A DNA stretch of 64,000 nt, taken from NCBI RefSeq assembly GCF_018977255.1, contig NW_024704742.1:37388001-37452000 (forward strand), given 5' to 3'. Below the pieces are notes generated by a model. The model had not been told where the DNA came from. It saw only the letters and a list, made by a program, of their open reading frames with translations, and searched no databases. Numbering within the stretch: position 1 is the first letter of the stretch; each line of letters begins with the position of its first letter. A program made the translations under genes and the position numbers. Below, in pieces: positions 38,421 through 49,688 of the stretch. Source of the DNA: Callorhinchus milii (Eukaryota).

Positions 38421-40865
38421 ACACTGCTTATATAATAATCCTTGTATTTAACATACCACCTTTCACATCAGGAGGACATCTCTCAAAGTGTTTCACTTTG
38501 ACTGGTTTGACAAACTGCCTGGTCTGTCATCAGCGATGTCCTGGAGTACTGCGGACTTGCCTAGCTCAGGAACTGGACTACTGAGACTGCCACAGAGGAT
38601 GGGCTCGACTCTGACATTCTATTGCCAAGTATGGTTATCCCCCTGTGGATCGAATTCAACATTCACATCCTTATCTTCAAATGCCTCCATAGGGTTACCA
38701 TCTATGGGCCCCTGCTGCTCCCTCTGCTGTACATACCCGGCTGCTCCATCCCAACAACATAGGGTGAGCTTTCAGCCATTTCAGCCCTGGCTTTCTAGAA
38801 GTCTTTGCCAAAAGTCCCTCTGCCTTTCCTCCTCCCTCTCCGTCTTCAACCTTCTACTCCCCAACCACATTTCTTCATCTGTGCTTTCAGACACCTATCC
38901 CTTCCCCAATTCAGCTCCTTCCCACCCCCACACCCCCCCCACCACCCCCCAAACTCTGGCTCCCCAGTCAATCGTGGAAGCACTTTGAGACGTCCTTCCG
39001 ATGTGAAATACTCTGTAGAAATGTAAATTGTTGGTTTCTGCCTTTTAGTTTCCCATTTGCTGACTGTCTGTCCCTTCCTCCCTTTGCATCTCTGTTGGTC
39101 TTGTTCTAGTTTTGCACTCGCCTTTGCTTTGCGCTTAAATCATCCTCCACTTTCACTTTTTTTCCACTTCCTTTGCCCCGTTTCGCTCTCCCGCACGCTC
39201 CTCATTTCGCTTTCACTGGCTCCCCATCCCCAGGAGATTGAACTCAAGATCCTTGTCTTCACATTTAAATCCTTCCACAATTTCACCGCATCCTACATTA
39301 GAGACCTCCAGCAATCCTCCTTCTACCACAAACTCCCTCTTGGAGCCCCTTCTCACTTAAGACTACTTTTTTGACAGTGCTTTGAGCTCCACCACCCCCA
39401 CCCCCCCAGCTCGGGCTTCCAGTTGGCTCTGACACTTTTAGATGACCTCCCAATGTGAAAAGTGCTATATAAATGTAAAATTGTTGTTGTTCCTCACTTT
39501 CCTGCTCGCTCGCTCACTCTCTTATCCACATACTTGCTCTCTATCTCTCTTGCCATGTTTTTTTCTCTCTTGCCATTTCTCTTTCTCACAATTTTTTTCT
39601 GTCTCTTAGTGTATGTATGTGTGTCTCTCTCTTTCTCCCGTTCTTGTCTCTTTTTGCCATGGCTCTATCACTCTGTCCTCTCTCTTTCTCTCTGTCTATC
39701 CATGTCTATTATTATTAATGTTGCAAAAGCACATTAAAGTATTTCCTGCTAGTTGAGTGGGTTTATAAATATCTGAATGGGAGAATCGATTGCTGTGTAA
39801 CACAGGACATTGCTGTGCAAATTGGCTGTCGCATTTGCCTACAAAATACAGCGTCATTACACTTTACAATAAATCTGTGAAGCGCTTTGAGATATCGTGT
39901 CAACATGAAAGGCACTATTATCAAATCTTTTTTTATTAATAATCCTTGAAAGATTAATCTAGATTTCCACTTTGGAAGTTTCTAAACTCTGGCAAAGAAG
40001 TTGAAATGTGCCTAGTTTTGCTGGTGTGCGCATGCTAACTTTCTAACCAAGTGATGGATGTTCTCACTGTGAACTAATGACTAATGATCTTTTGTATTTG
40101 AATATAAATAACTAATGCACTTTTATTAAGTAATTTTATTTAATCACTATTACCTTTGTGCAGTGATTAAATCTCTAAATTTGGCAAAGGGACAGAATGG
40201 CTCAGTACAAGCCAGGTCTTGATGCTCCAATTCTAGTTTGATTGTAAAACAAAATTAACCTTTACCCCTCCCCCCCACCATTGCTGCTTTTACCATCTTC
40301 TCCACACCCCCCCCCCGCCCCCCCCCCCCCACACGCACACACACACACACTTCTTTTGAAGATGGTCGTTAGTTCTGCATCACAGTCCCATGAACTAGAG
40401 TTGCCCTCCAATATACTTATGAGTAAAGCTGGGTAGTGAGTGTCAGACCATCTGTCTTATCTGTCGGTAGCAGGAGGGGGTGAAGAAGTGTCATCAAGAC
40501 TGATTTGCACACATCAATGTCCCACAACCACCTACGTAGTGTGTGACCAATTTTATTTAGGGAATTGTCGGCCAGCACACCAGGAGAAACTACCTTCTCT
40601 TTTCGAATAGTACTATGGGATCTTTAATGTCCACTGGACAGGCAGATAGGACCTCAGTTTAACACCTCATCAGAAGTACGACATCTGTGATAAGCAGCAC
40701 ACCCTCAGCACAGTGTCAGTATGTGGGTTCCAAATGCCGTTGTGGGGCTTGAACCCACAATCTACTGATTCTGAGGCGAGAGTACTACCAACTGAGACAC
40801 TTGTACTGCCAATCTAGTTATCTGATCACATTCCAGTACCTGTTCACATTCCGGTAGCCATTAGT

Positions 40866-41186
40866 GGAGTCCTGTAGCTCAGTGGTTAGAGCACTCGCTT
40901 TGCAAGCGAGAGACCTGAGTTCAATTCCAGGCAGAGGGCGAAACCTTGGGCAAGTTTCCTTACTCCACACAGAGCCTAATAATAATCCCTCCAAAACAAA
41001 AACAATAATAAATTGGTCATTTTCAATCTACGACTGTTTGTGGGACACTGCTCTGCGCAATTGACTGCCACGTTCGCCCACAAATATACAGTCAATTCAC
41101 TTCACACTATAGTCTGTGAAGCGCTTTGGGATGTCTAGAAGACGTGAAAAGCACTATATCAAATGCAAGGATTATTATTATTATTA
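40866..41186 (+). mobile_element. tRNA-derived SINE, young subfamily, full length
   Basis: A box TAGCTCAGTGG, B box GTTCAATTCC, shared body and (TTA)n tail. Confidence 0.9.
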
Positions 41187-44100
41187 AGAGTGCTATGAAA
41201 GTGCCGAGTAATGACAGTAATGTTTTTACAGTTGTTCCAAATGAATTAAGATAATTTCACAGTAATTTTGGAGCAGACCCAGATGGGCCTGCAGTTATTG
41301 TGGCACATCACTGAGTGTCTCTGGGAGGCAGCGCAGAGATCACAAAGCCACTATGGCAGTATAGTACAATTTTGGGAAAGCTCAGAAGAGNTTTTTTTTA
41401 CTTTCCTGGGATTCCAGTTCTACCTCAGTGCCTGGTAGCATCAGTGCACAGTTCTGCTGCAGAGATTTTGATGAATCCAACATGGACATGTCCATGTGAA
41501 CCCTGCTGGGTCGTATTTGGAAACTGATCAGCCAGCCCAAAGTTAGATTTTAAGCTTTCACAAGGTCTCAAAGGCAAGTCTGTAGGAATGGGCCCCAGCC
41601 CCCAGTGTGTTTCCTCCCTGCAAGTTACAAACCCAAATGAGGACGGTAACTACTGTAAAGTACTTGTGCTTTGATGCGTTCCAGCCTTTGTTATTAATGC
41701 AATATCCTGGAGAATCCAGTACTGTAAGACATCTTCCATTTTGTTGATGAAGCAAATGTGCTTTGAGGTCAGCAAAGGAGATCCACGGTGGCACGTGTCC
41801 ACTCCATATCCAGTTGTCAATTTAAGTGCAAAAGAGTGGACGTGCTTCACAGTGATCCCTTTACTGACTCAATCAGATGAGTCTTTCAAGTACTGTGTTT
41901 TCCCTCAGGAAACGAGATGCTGAATGAATAACCATGTGGAACACCATGGGGGTAAGTACTTTACAGAGTTGCATTCTCTTATCAGCTTTTGTTCTGTGGG
42001 AGTGATGACTCATTCAATCTTCATCTGCCGCTTGCAGGGTTGAAAATTGTCTATTCGTAAAGTCTTCCCTCCCTACACACCCCTTCCAGTGTGTAAAATA
42101 TCTAGGAAATTCCTCCCTTTTGCTTCATAAACTCTTTCCTCAAACTATCTAGTTTTTTTTGACAAGCACAGAAGTAGAAAGCAATGAAATACAGATATTA
42201 TTCAGCTTATACTCCTGAGTTGATGAATCAATTGCTGTGTAAATCTTGCCAAACTGCACACAAGATTCATCCTGTGAATGCAGAAATAACTGGATCTCGC
42301 TTTTCTCTTCATCTTCTCTGGAGTTATCACCTCATGGGATCTTGAGCCTGAAGTGGTTTTATTTCTTTCTGCATCACAAGGCTATTGGTTCCCATCACTT
42401 TTGTGTGTTTCTAATACTGTACCTATAATTCTTAACAGTGGATATTTTATAATTTGCGTTCTTCAAAAATAAATTATGTGTGTATACTTGGAAAGTTCCA
42501 CACTTGTGTTCTGATGGCTGCTTGCATGTTTACTAGAATTAGCATTCCAGGCATGCAACTTTGTAGTGAATTGGAGCATGGAACAATAAATGGGTCTGAA
42601 TGGGTTCTGTATGTGCAATATGTCAGCGGACCAGTTTCTCGTGTTGCACATCCTGCATGACTTCTGTGTTTTTTTTTAAAAAAACGTGTGAAGTGATTCA
42701 CGTTCTCATTCAATTGCTTCTGTGTGTGATAACCTGAGGCAATCAGCTAACTACACCCAAGATCTGACCAGTTTCCAGCTCTGAGTTTGGAACACACCAT
42801 TTTGGAGGGTGTATTCATAATCTCAACCAACTGTGGCTTCCTTCCTTTGCAGACTACTATATACAATACATAAAGCGACAGTATTTTCCCAACAATTATC
42901 TTTGTCATTTGGTGGGGAGGATACAGATTAAAATCCATTTTTCGGCTGCATTGTGATATCTGATTCTTAATGACTTGAATTTAACTTTTTTTTAAGCTTA
43001 TACAATTCATTTACCCACAAAATATACAGTCAATTCACTTTACAGTATATTCTGCGAGGCGCTTTGTGACGTCTCAAAGATGTGATAAGGCGCTATATCA
43101 AATGCAAGGTTTACTATTATTACATTTATTACTTGCGCATGTAATCTTATCTAATCCACGCTGATGTAAAATTAGTTGCCCATTGACAGCTGGTAAGTAC
43201 TTTTGCATTTTGGCAGACCTAAAGATAGATGCAGTACACATGTACAATTGCACGTTGTGCCTCCCCCCCCCCCATATATTGTGTTGCATGTGAATTTATT
43301 TTCTTCTCCTCTTTTCTCTCACCCCACCCCCCCACACACACAAAATTAAGGAGCAGTGCAATACTGATTGAGCTGCTGTGTTTTAATGTAGTTGAATGTG
43401 CGATGGGGAGAGGTTCGGGGGGGGGGGCAGCATGTTGTTGTGATGTCAGCACACAGGTTCACAGCAGTGAGGCCCACGCTGGTGCCTGATCCCAGTTGGA
43501 GAGTTGAAGAGAAAGAACACGGGCAGATTGTTTCCTGACAGGACGAGTGAAATTCTGGGCAAAGGCAGCAGTGCTCTGACGCACATCCTAGCAACTGAGG
43601 CTTGAGTAACATTGGCAGAGGCATTGCAAATAGGTCACCTGCCCGACTTGTTGGTTGGATGATGCAAATCGGGGTGGGAGGTGGGGAAGTGGCATTGTTA
43701 GTTTTAGTGATGGGGAATAAACATTTCCTCTTGTTAAGATATTTAAAAACATTTTTTATTTGTGATTTAACCCTGCTTACTTATTCTGTTATTTATCCTT
43801 GATTCCTTTTTATTTCATTTTTATTCCGACACCACTGCACTTAATTACATTTAACTTGGTCAATCCAAATAATGCACATTTAGGCGTATACAGTAGCAGT
43901 CAACCAAACACTGTAACTGTATCAGACCAGTCAGGAGCACGCTGCCTGAATGCATGTCATGTTTTGGTTAAAACCAAAATGTAAGTTTTGTTTTGAACCT
44001 CTTCCTTTCTCCCCTCTCAACCACACCTCCCCCCCCCTGAAAAACTGAACAGCTAATAAAAGGTTTACAGGAATAGTCACACCCTTGACTTTTATATTGC

Positions 44101-45688
44101 ACTGTAAAAGTTAGTTACAATTGCGCATACCTTTTATTCCTCTCCCAAAGGTTTGTAGCTTTAAAAACATGTGTTGAAGCGTACATCACATTTTGCAGTA
44201 TCTGGGCAAGCTGTCAAATGCTTAGCCGGAGTGTGTGCAACTGCCAGGAAGGTGCAAGACAAACTAGATGGACCTTGGCTTTTTTTCATTTACCATTTCT
44301 TATATTCTTATGCTTTCTTTTCCCCCACTACCACCCTTGTCTCTCACAGTCCCCATTTTATTAATGCAAGTGATTTGCTGCAAGTAACTCCCTTATGCCT
44401 TGGGGATGTCCTCCCAATGTGAAAGGCACTACACAAATGTAATTTTTTTGTTGTTTTTACAGACAGTGTGGTGTGTTACATTGGTAGGTAACCACCAATG
44501 ACAGAACCAGTGTTTGTGCACTGTTTAACTGCTTTGGTGGCTCAGTTTTATTCGCAGGGCAAAATAGCACGGCTTAGGGTTGTTGCCTGCTTGGGTTTGG
44601 CTCAAGAAGCCTTTTTATTACTGTTCTGACCAGACCAGGCAGGCTGGAAAATTTCTGAACTTTTTTTAATGTCAGTTTTTCATTTAATTCTCTGGAATCC
44701 TGGTGCTTTTGGGCTCGGTGGTCTCTCAGTGTCAGTGTCGTCGTCTGGGGAACAGCATAGTTCCTGTCAACCTCTGCACAGCCTATGGCGACGCCGCCCT
44801 CCATCGATGCTGAACATTTCCAATTTGGGGCTTCGGACATCTTAAATCTTTCCTGACAGCTTCTTGAAGATTCCCGATTTTAAAAAAAAATGCTGTAGAT
44901 CGTGCTTCTACCAAAATCATTCCTCTTGGCAAGAAGTGGCACAGTTGTGCTGGGGAGGAAAAAGAAAATACTTAACCTTCCAAGTCCAGATTTTATCGTG
45001 ATTAGTTGTCTAGTTTCCTCTATTAGCTTACCAGCTATTAGAGAGTGCGATTTTACAAGAGGTTTCAGAGAAGCGTGCAAAATATTTAGATAGGGGATTT
45101 TGGCAGAGGGAAGGAGGCTCAAAATGAACAGTCAAGATCCCATTGGTATGATTTGATGCGAGAAGGGAGATAAGATTGGTCATTCACTGCACAGCTGTGT
45201 GTGAAACACTGCTGTGCGCAACTTGGCTGCCGTATTCACCCACAATCACTATGATTCACAGTAAATATACAGTCAATTCACTTTACAGTCTATTCTGTGA
45301 AGCGCTTTGAGACGTCTTGATGACATGATAAGGCACTATGTCAAATTTAAGGTTTATTATTAGTTTTCGTTGCGATGTTGTAAACTGTGTACGTTGTTCT
45401 TATGACATATTACAAACTGAGATAGAAGGGCGGGGGCGGGAGGGTGGAGTGGGGAAGAGAGAGGGAATTGCTTTTAAAGGGCATACGGAATGCTACCTCT
45501 TCCAATTTCTTTTTGTCTCCTTCCCCTCTCACCAATGCTGATGACAGCACAGCCAGCCTGGCTCATCGGCAGAACGTGGAAGGGAAGACCAGTTAAAGGG
45601 GGCAGGGAATCATCCTACGCTGCTCCTGTTACCCAGCAAACTAAAGCCCTAACTGGTAGGGTGGTCTGAGCTGGACAAGCAGCAAATA

Positions 45689-45990
45689 AACTTGTCAGAC
45701 AGTGATATCAATGGCAAGCTATGCAGTTTTAGCTGGTTAGACTCCAGCAGTACCTCAGCACACACTCTGGGGTCCCCAAGCCTTGGCTCTTGCCAAACTG
45801 CGCCTAATACTTTCTGAAAATAGGTAAGCAGGATGCATCCCTCCAGGGAGAAAGTGTGCATACATACCATTTCAACAATCTATCTGGGATTTTATGTGTA
45901 GGTGGGCTGCAGAATTCTCAGCTTGTTTTGGATACTCTTAAGCATGGTGATGGGTTTCCGCATGTGTCAGACACCTACTTGACCAAAAAA
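45689..45990 (+). repeat. Unclassified interspersed repeat, copy A
   Basis: Shares CCCCAAGCCTTGGCTCT with the copy at 38125, and TTGGATACTCTTAAG...GATGGGTTTCC with the copies at 38125 and 55197. Confidence 0.75.
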
Positions 45991-47747
45991 CAAATCACCA
46001 TCAGAAACAATTCCCAGCAACAAGGGTCAGAAGCGTCCCAACCTCCAATCTCCATTGGGAAGCAAGCTCGAGAGTTTACTGCCGATTTTCTGTCTCTTTT
46101 GTATCTATGTTGCTTTCTTTCTTCCCTTTCTGAGCCCACACACACATAGTTTCAAGTCAAAATTATAAACTGCAGAAAGTAATTATTACTCAGAAATATA
46201 TCTAGTTTGCGTCACGTCACCTCTGCTCCAGTCTGCCCCCTTTCTGCCTTTGTATTGGGGTACAGTTCTGCAAGACCTGATTCCCTTCAATTGAAATTTT
46301 TAAATACTTGCATAATTAGCAACGTATTTTTAAGAAGTCTTGCATGCTGGCTAAATTTAGTACTTGGTCTGTGTCAAAATTCACCAGGGAATTCAGCAGT
46401 GCAGGGGTTAATGGAAAGGCTAATTGCCCTGGTACGTGCAGGATTAAGTGAAGTAGCACAGGTTTTTGTGTCCACAATGGCTGGTGCACAAATTTGTTCT
46501 GACCTTAATTTGCTCTATTGCTCCAGTGAACACAAATGTAAACGTTAAAGTTTTTTTTTCAAATTTTTACATACAACCAAATGCGCACATTGGGTGTGGG
46601 GAAAGATTACAGAGCGCTGGGTATAAACTGGGATCAAGCAGTTTAGCATTCATTTGGCTCACGTGTCTGAATTGCATCAAAATCGCCCTTCAGTATCACT
46701 TAATTTATATAGAATTGAGAATATTGCACACATTCACTGTAACTGGAACAGATCCCAGTGGTGATATGGAAACAGTGCAGAGAGGAGCACATTTATGCAA
46801 ACACAAGAAATTGTATTTATAAAGCATGGATGAAGGTCTTGCTGGCCTGAGGCGAGAGGCAATGTCGTGGAGGTGGGGAAGGCAGAATTGGGCGTTTATT
46901 TTTTCAAGAAAAAAGAAACGTCTGTTAGTCTACGCCATGGCCTTGTCTGTTTGTGATGCTATCATGAGGGTTAAAGAAATTATAGTGTTGCTGTATTCTG
47001 AAATCTGCAGCTGAGCAGCAGTGGTTCGGGGTCATGTGTATCTGATGTGTTTACTGGTATCCTGTTGCCAAACAGAAAGTTCAAAAGTAGGTACTGTAGC
47101 ATTATACTGGAATTCTCTTAAGGCCAATGCTCTTTCACTTGTTTTATGCTGCCAGGTACAGTTCAACAGATGCTGTGCGACTGCACTGAATTTTATTATG
47201 CCCAGTAAGCTAGCAATGAGTTTAAGCTGTAGGTCAATCTGAGTTCTGCTGACATTTGCAAACCGCTGAGGTGTGACTCTTGCAATTCACAATGTCCTCA
47301 GAACATCTCTATGAATTGTAGCTTTGTTAACTTGCTGCTGTTTGTCTGTTAGCCAACTTATGTGTGTGGATGTTTCACGCGTCCTGTAAGTAATGTTAAA
47401 AAAAACTGTACTTCCAGGAACCCTACAAGTGCTGTATTTAGTTTATTTTACCTTACATCATACATCTGGAAAACACATTTATCTCACAGAAAAAAAATAG
47501 ACATTTGGGAAAAATATATAGAAATTGAAGCTTTCTGAATGACATTACACACAGCTGCATTTTACTTGCCTGATAAAGACTTGCCCCTCTGTGAAGGACT
47601 GATTTGTTGTTGTGGCTTATAGATAGCTGTTTACTGATCCTGTAACTGCCTTTGTAAATTCATGACATGTTTTGTAACTTCTTTTCAGAAAGTTAATGTT
47701 TGTTTGTTTTAAATAAAGACATTTAATTTATTCTGCTCTTTGCACAG

Positions 47748-47868
47748 CTTATACAATGAGGACAGAAATTTGCTTCGAATTAGAGAACGGGAGAGGAGAA
47801 ACCAAGAAATTCATCTCGACAAAGAACCCTTCCTTGAAAATACCCCTCTCTTTGGCGAGCCATACAAG
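47748..47868 (+). CDS. AFF1: AFF1 coding exon 2 (121 nt): (S)[40 protein letters not shown]
   Basis: Pyrimidine tract plus acceptor ttctgctctttgcacag|C and donor AAG|GTAGGT. Peptide matches the AFF1 N-terminal region ([20 protein letters not shown]...PLFGEPYK). Confidence 0.96.
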
Positions 47869-48169
47869 GTAGGTTATAGAGTAGTTCACATTAATTTGAC
47901 TTCATGTTTTTTGTCCTGTGTTACGCACATCTTTAACACTGCTTTGGACATTTAATTTATTCTGCATTTCCTATTTTGTGGTTCACAAGAGTTAAGAAGT
48001 ACAGCAGTAAAAGGCTAGTTAGCTCTGTGCAGCTTCTTCTCCCAAGATCTGAGATTTAACTCTCGACAGGGAACAGTAACGTCTGAATGACATAACTCAC
48101 TGAACTTAATATTACGGAATAAACTTAGCCTCAAAAGGAATGACCCGAGGTTGAATCAAAGGATAAAGC

Positions 48170-48410
48170 CAACAACAACAAAATCGCATTTGTATATCGA
48201 CTTTCACGTCGGGAGGACGTCCCAAGGCGCTGGACAGTCAGTATTTTGGACCCGAGCTGGGGGTCGGGATCAGGGAGGGTAGAGGTCAGAGGGGGAAGGA
48301 GGGTGATTGAAGAGGTCTTCCACTTTTTTAAAAAAAAAATTAAATTTATTCTGCTCTTTGCACAGCTTATACAATGAGGCAAGGGAGGGGGCGAGGTGGA
48401 GAGACTTGCA
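48170..48410 (-). mobile_element. L2 LINE 3'-end fragment in AFF1 intron 2, interrupted by a copy of the exon-2 acceptor
   Basis: (CAA)n-GCATTTGTATATCGACTTTCACGTCGGGAGGACGTCCCAAGG is the reverse complement of the L2 tail seen at ~12670-12723. Confidence 0.75.
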
Positions 48411-48770
48411 TTTAAGGGGAAGATAGATATAAACACGAGGGAGAAGGAAATAGAAGGATATGGATTTGGTGAAGACTCATGTGGCACGGACCATTTGGGT
48501 TGAATGGTCTGTTTCCATGCGGTACAATTTATGTAAATCTATGTAGTTTGTATGCTTCTCCCTGAAATATCAAATCAGTGTAAAAAAGCTTATGTAGCAT
48601 TTAACAATACCAATTTATTAAATTCCACAATAAATAATTTTCTCCTCTGTTTCCTGAAGTAAATGCCAATGTCACATGCATATGCTTCTACAGAAAAGTA
48701 TATTCATTTTCACAAGGGGATCCACATGTGGGTTACTGAGTCAATGTCTTGTTTTTCAATTTTCATGCAG

Positions 48771-49688
48771 ACCGATAAAGGGGATGAACTTTCCAGTCGT
48801 ATTCAGAATATGCTGGGCAACTACGATGAGATGAAGGATCTAATAAGTAATAAGTCGCATCAGAACCTCATTGGCATACCAAAAGGTGGAGTCAGTGTCA
48901 TGTCTCAAGAAAAGAATCAGAGGTCATTTGGTCCAGAGAAAAACAATACTTTAATGCAAGCTTCTGTTCATAGCAACAATCCCTGCTCAATGGGACCTCC
49001 CACCTCGGTTCCAGCTGCAGGTAGCTGCTCTTCTCAAAATCAGAAAAAGACTGCATTGGTGGAACAGAACATCCAAAGCTCCAGCCATAACACTAAAAGC
49101 TCATTTCACAGCCGAAGCCAAGTTAAGGACAGCTGCCACAGTGGTCAGGAAAGTTACAGAAACCATCACGGGAGAAATGAACAGCAAACGGACACAGACA
49201 ATCATGCCCAGGACCTGTCATCTCAACTGCAGCAATTTCAACCACTGTTGCCATTGTCTTCACCAATACTACCCTTGTCTCCCATACCATCATTATCCCC
49301 CATACATTCCAGTGAGTTTACCAATTCCAAGATCCCAACTAGCAATAATCATAACAAAGACTGCCCTCCAACAAAATCTCCTCAAGATCTGGATTTACAC
49401 TCCTGTGATCCTGAGAGCTTGTCCTCTGGTCCGAATGTTCCTGTCCCCAGCCAACATTCATCTCAAACATTTCCATCGTGTTTACCATCAAAACCAAATA
49501 TGATGCAGCAGAAGCCTACAGCATATGTAAGACCTATGGATGGGCAAGACCAAATCCCTAGTGAATCTCCAGAACTGAAACCTACTTCAGAGGATTACAA
49601 CAGCGAATCGTACGGAAACATAGCTGAGATGAAAGCATGTGCCAGGGCAAAGCTGTCCAAGCTTAAAATTCCTTCTCAGCCAACTCAG
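48771..49688 (+). CDS. AFF1: AFF1 large coding exon 3 (918 nt, 306 codons): TDKGDELSSRIQNMLGNYDEMK...QQKPTAYVRPMDGQDQ...AKLSKLKIPSQPTQ
   Basis: Acceptor tttcatgcag|ACC and donor CAG|GTTAGT, phase 0/0, open frame. Contains the AFF-family Cyclin T1-binding segment (GDELSSRIQNMLGNY) and the SIAH degron PTAYVRP of the ALF region. No further AFF1 exon was recognised in the window. Confidence 0.96.

Noticed and set aside
40866..40935. tRNA-Ala(TGC)-like genes at SINE heads (also 8912, 18821, 54486, 58470-58538)
   Set aside because: They lack a proper acceptor stem and Pol III terminator, and each continues into a SINE body and tail.
41391..41391. Single ambiguous base N
   Set aside because: Assembly ambiguity next to a poly-T run, not a biological feature.
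45124..45151. ATG AAC AGT CAA GAT CCC ATT G|GTATGA as another first exon
   Set aside because: It ends in phase 1, which is incompatible with the phase-2 exon-2 acceptor, and there is no promoter-like context.
45929..45975. Recurrent peptide LDTLKHGDGFPH in three ORFs as a conserved protein motif
   Set aside because: It comes from the non-coding interspersed repeat. Differences between copies are mostly transitions consistent with CpG decay and include amino-acid changes, so there is no sign of coding constraint.
48663..48770. ATG at 48663 as start of a 346-aa single-exon protein
   Set aside because: AFF homology begins exactly at the acceptor (48771). The upstream residues are intronic read-through.
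49141..49503. 120-aa alternative-frame ORF inside exon 3
   Set aside because: Non-ATG start and no recognisable motif. Such shadow ORFs are common in Ser/Pro/Gln-rich exons.
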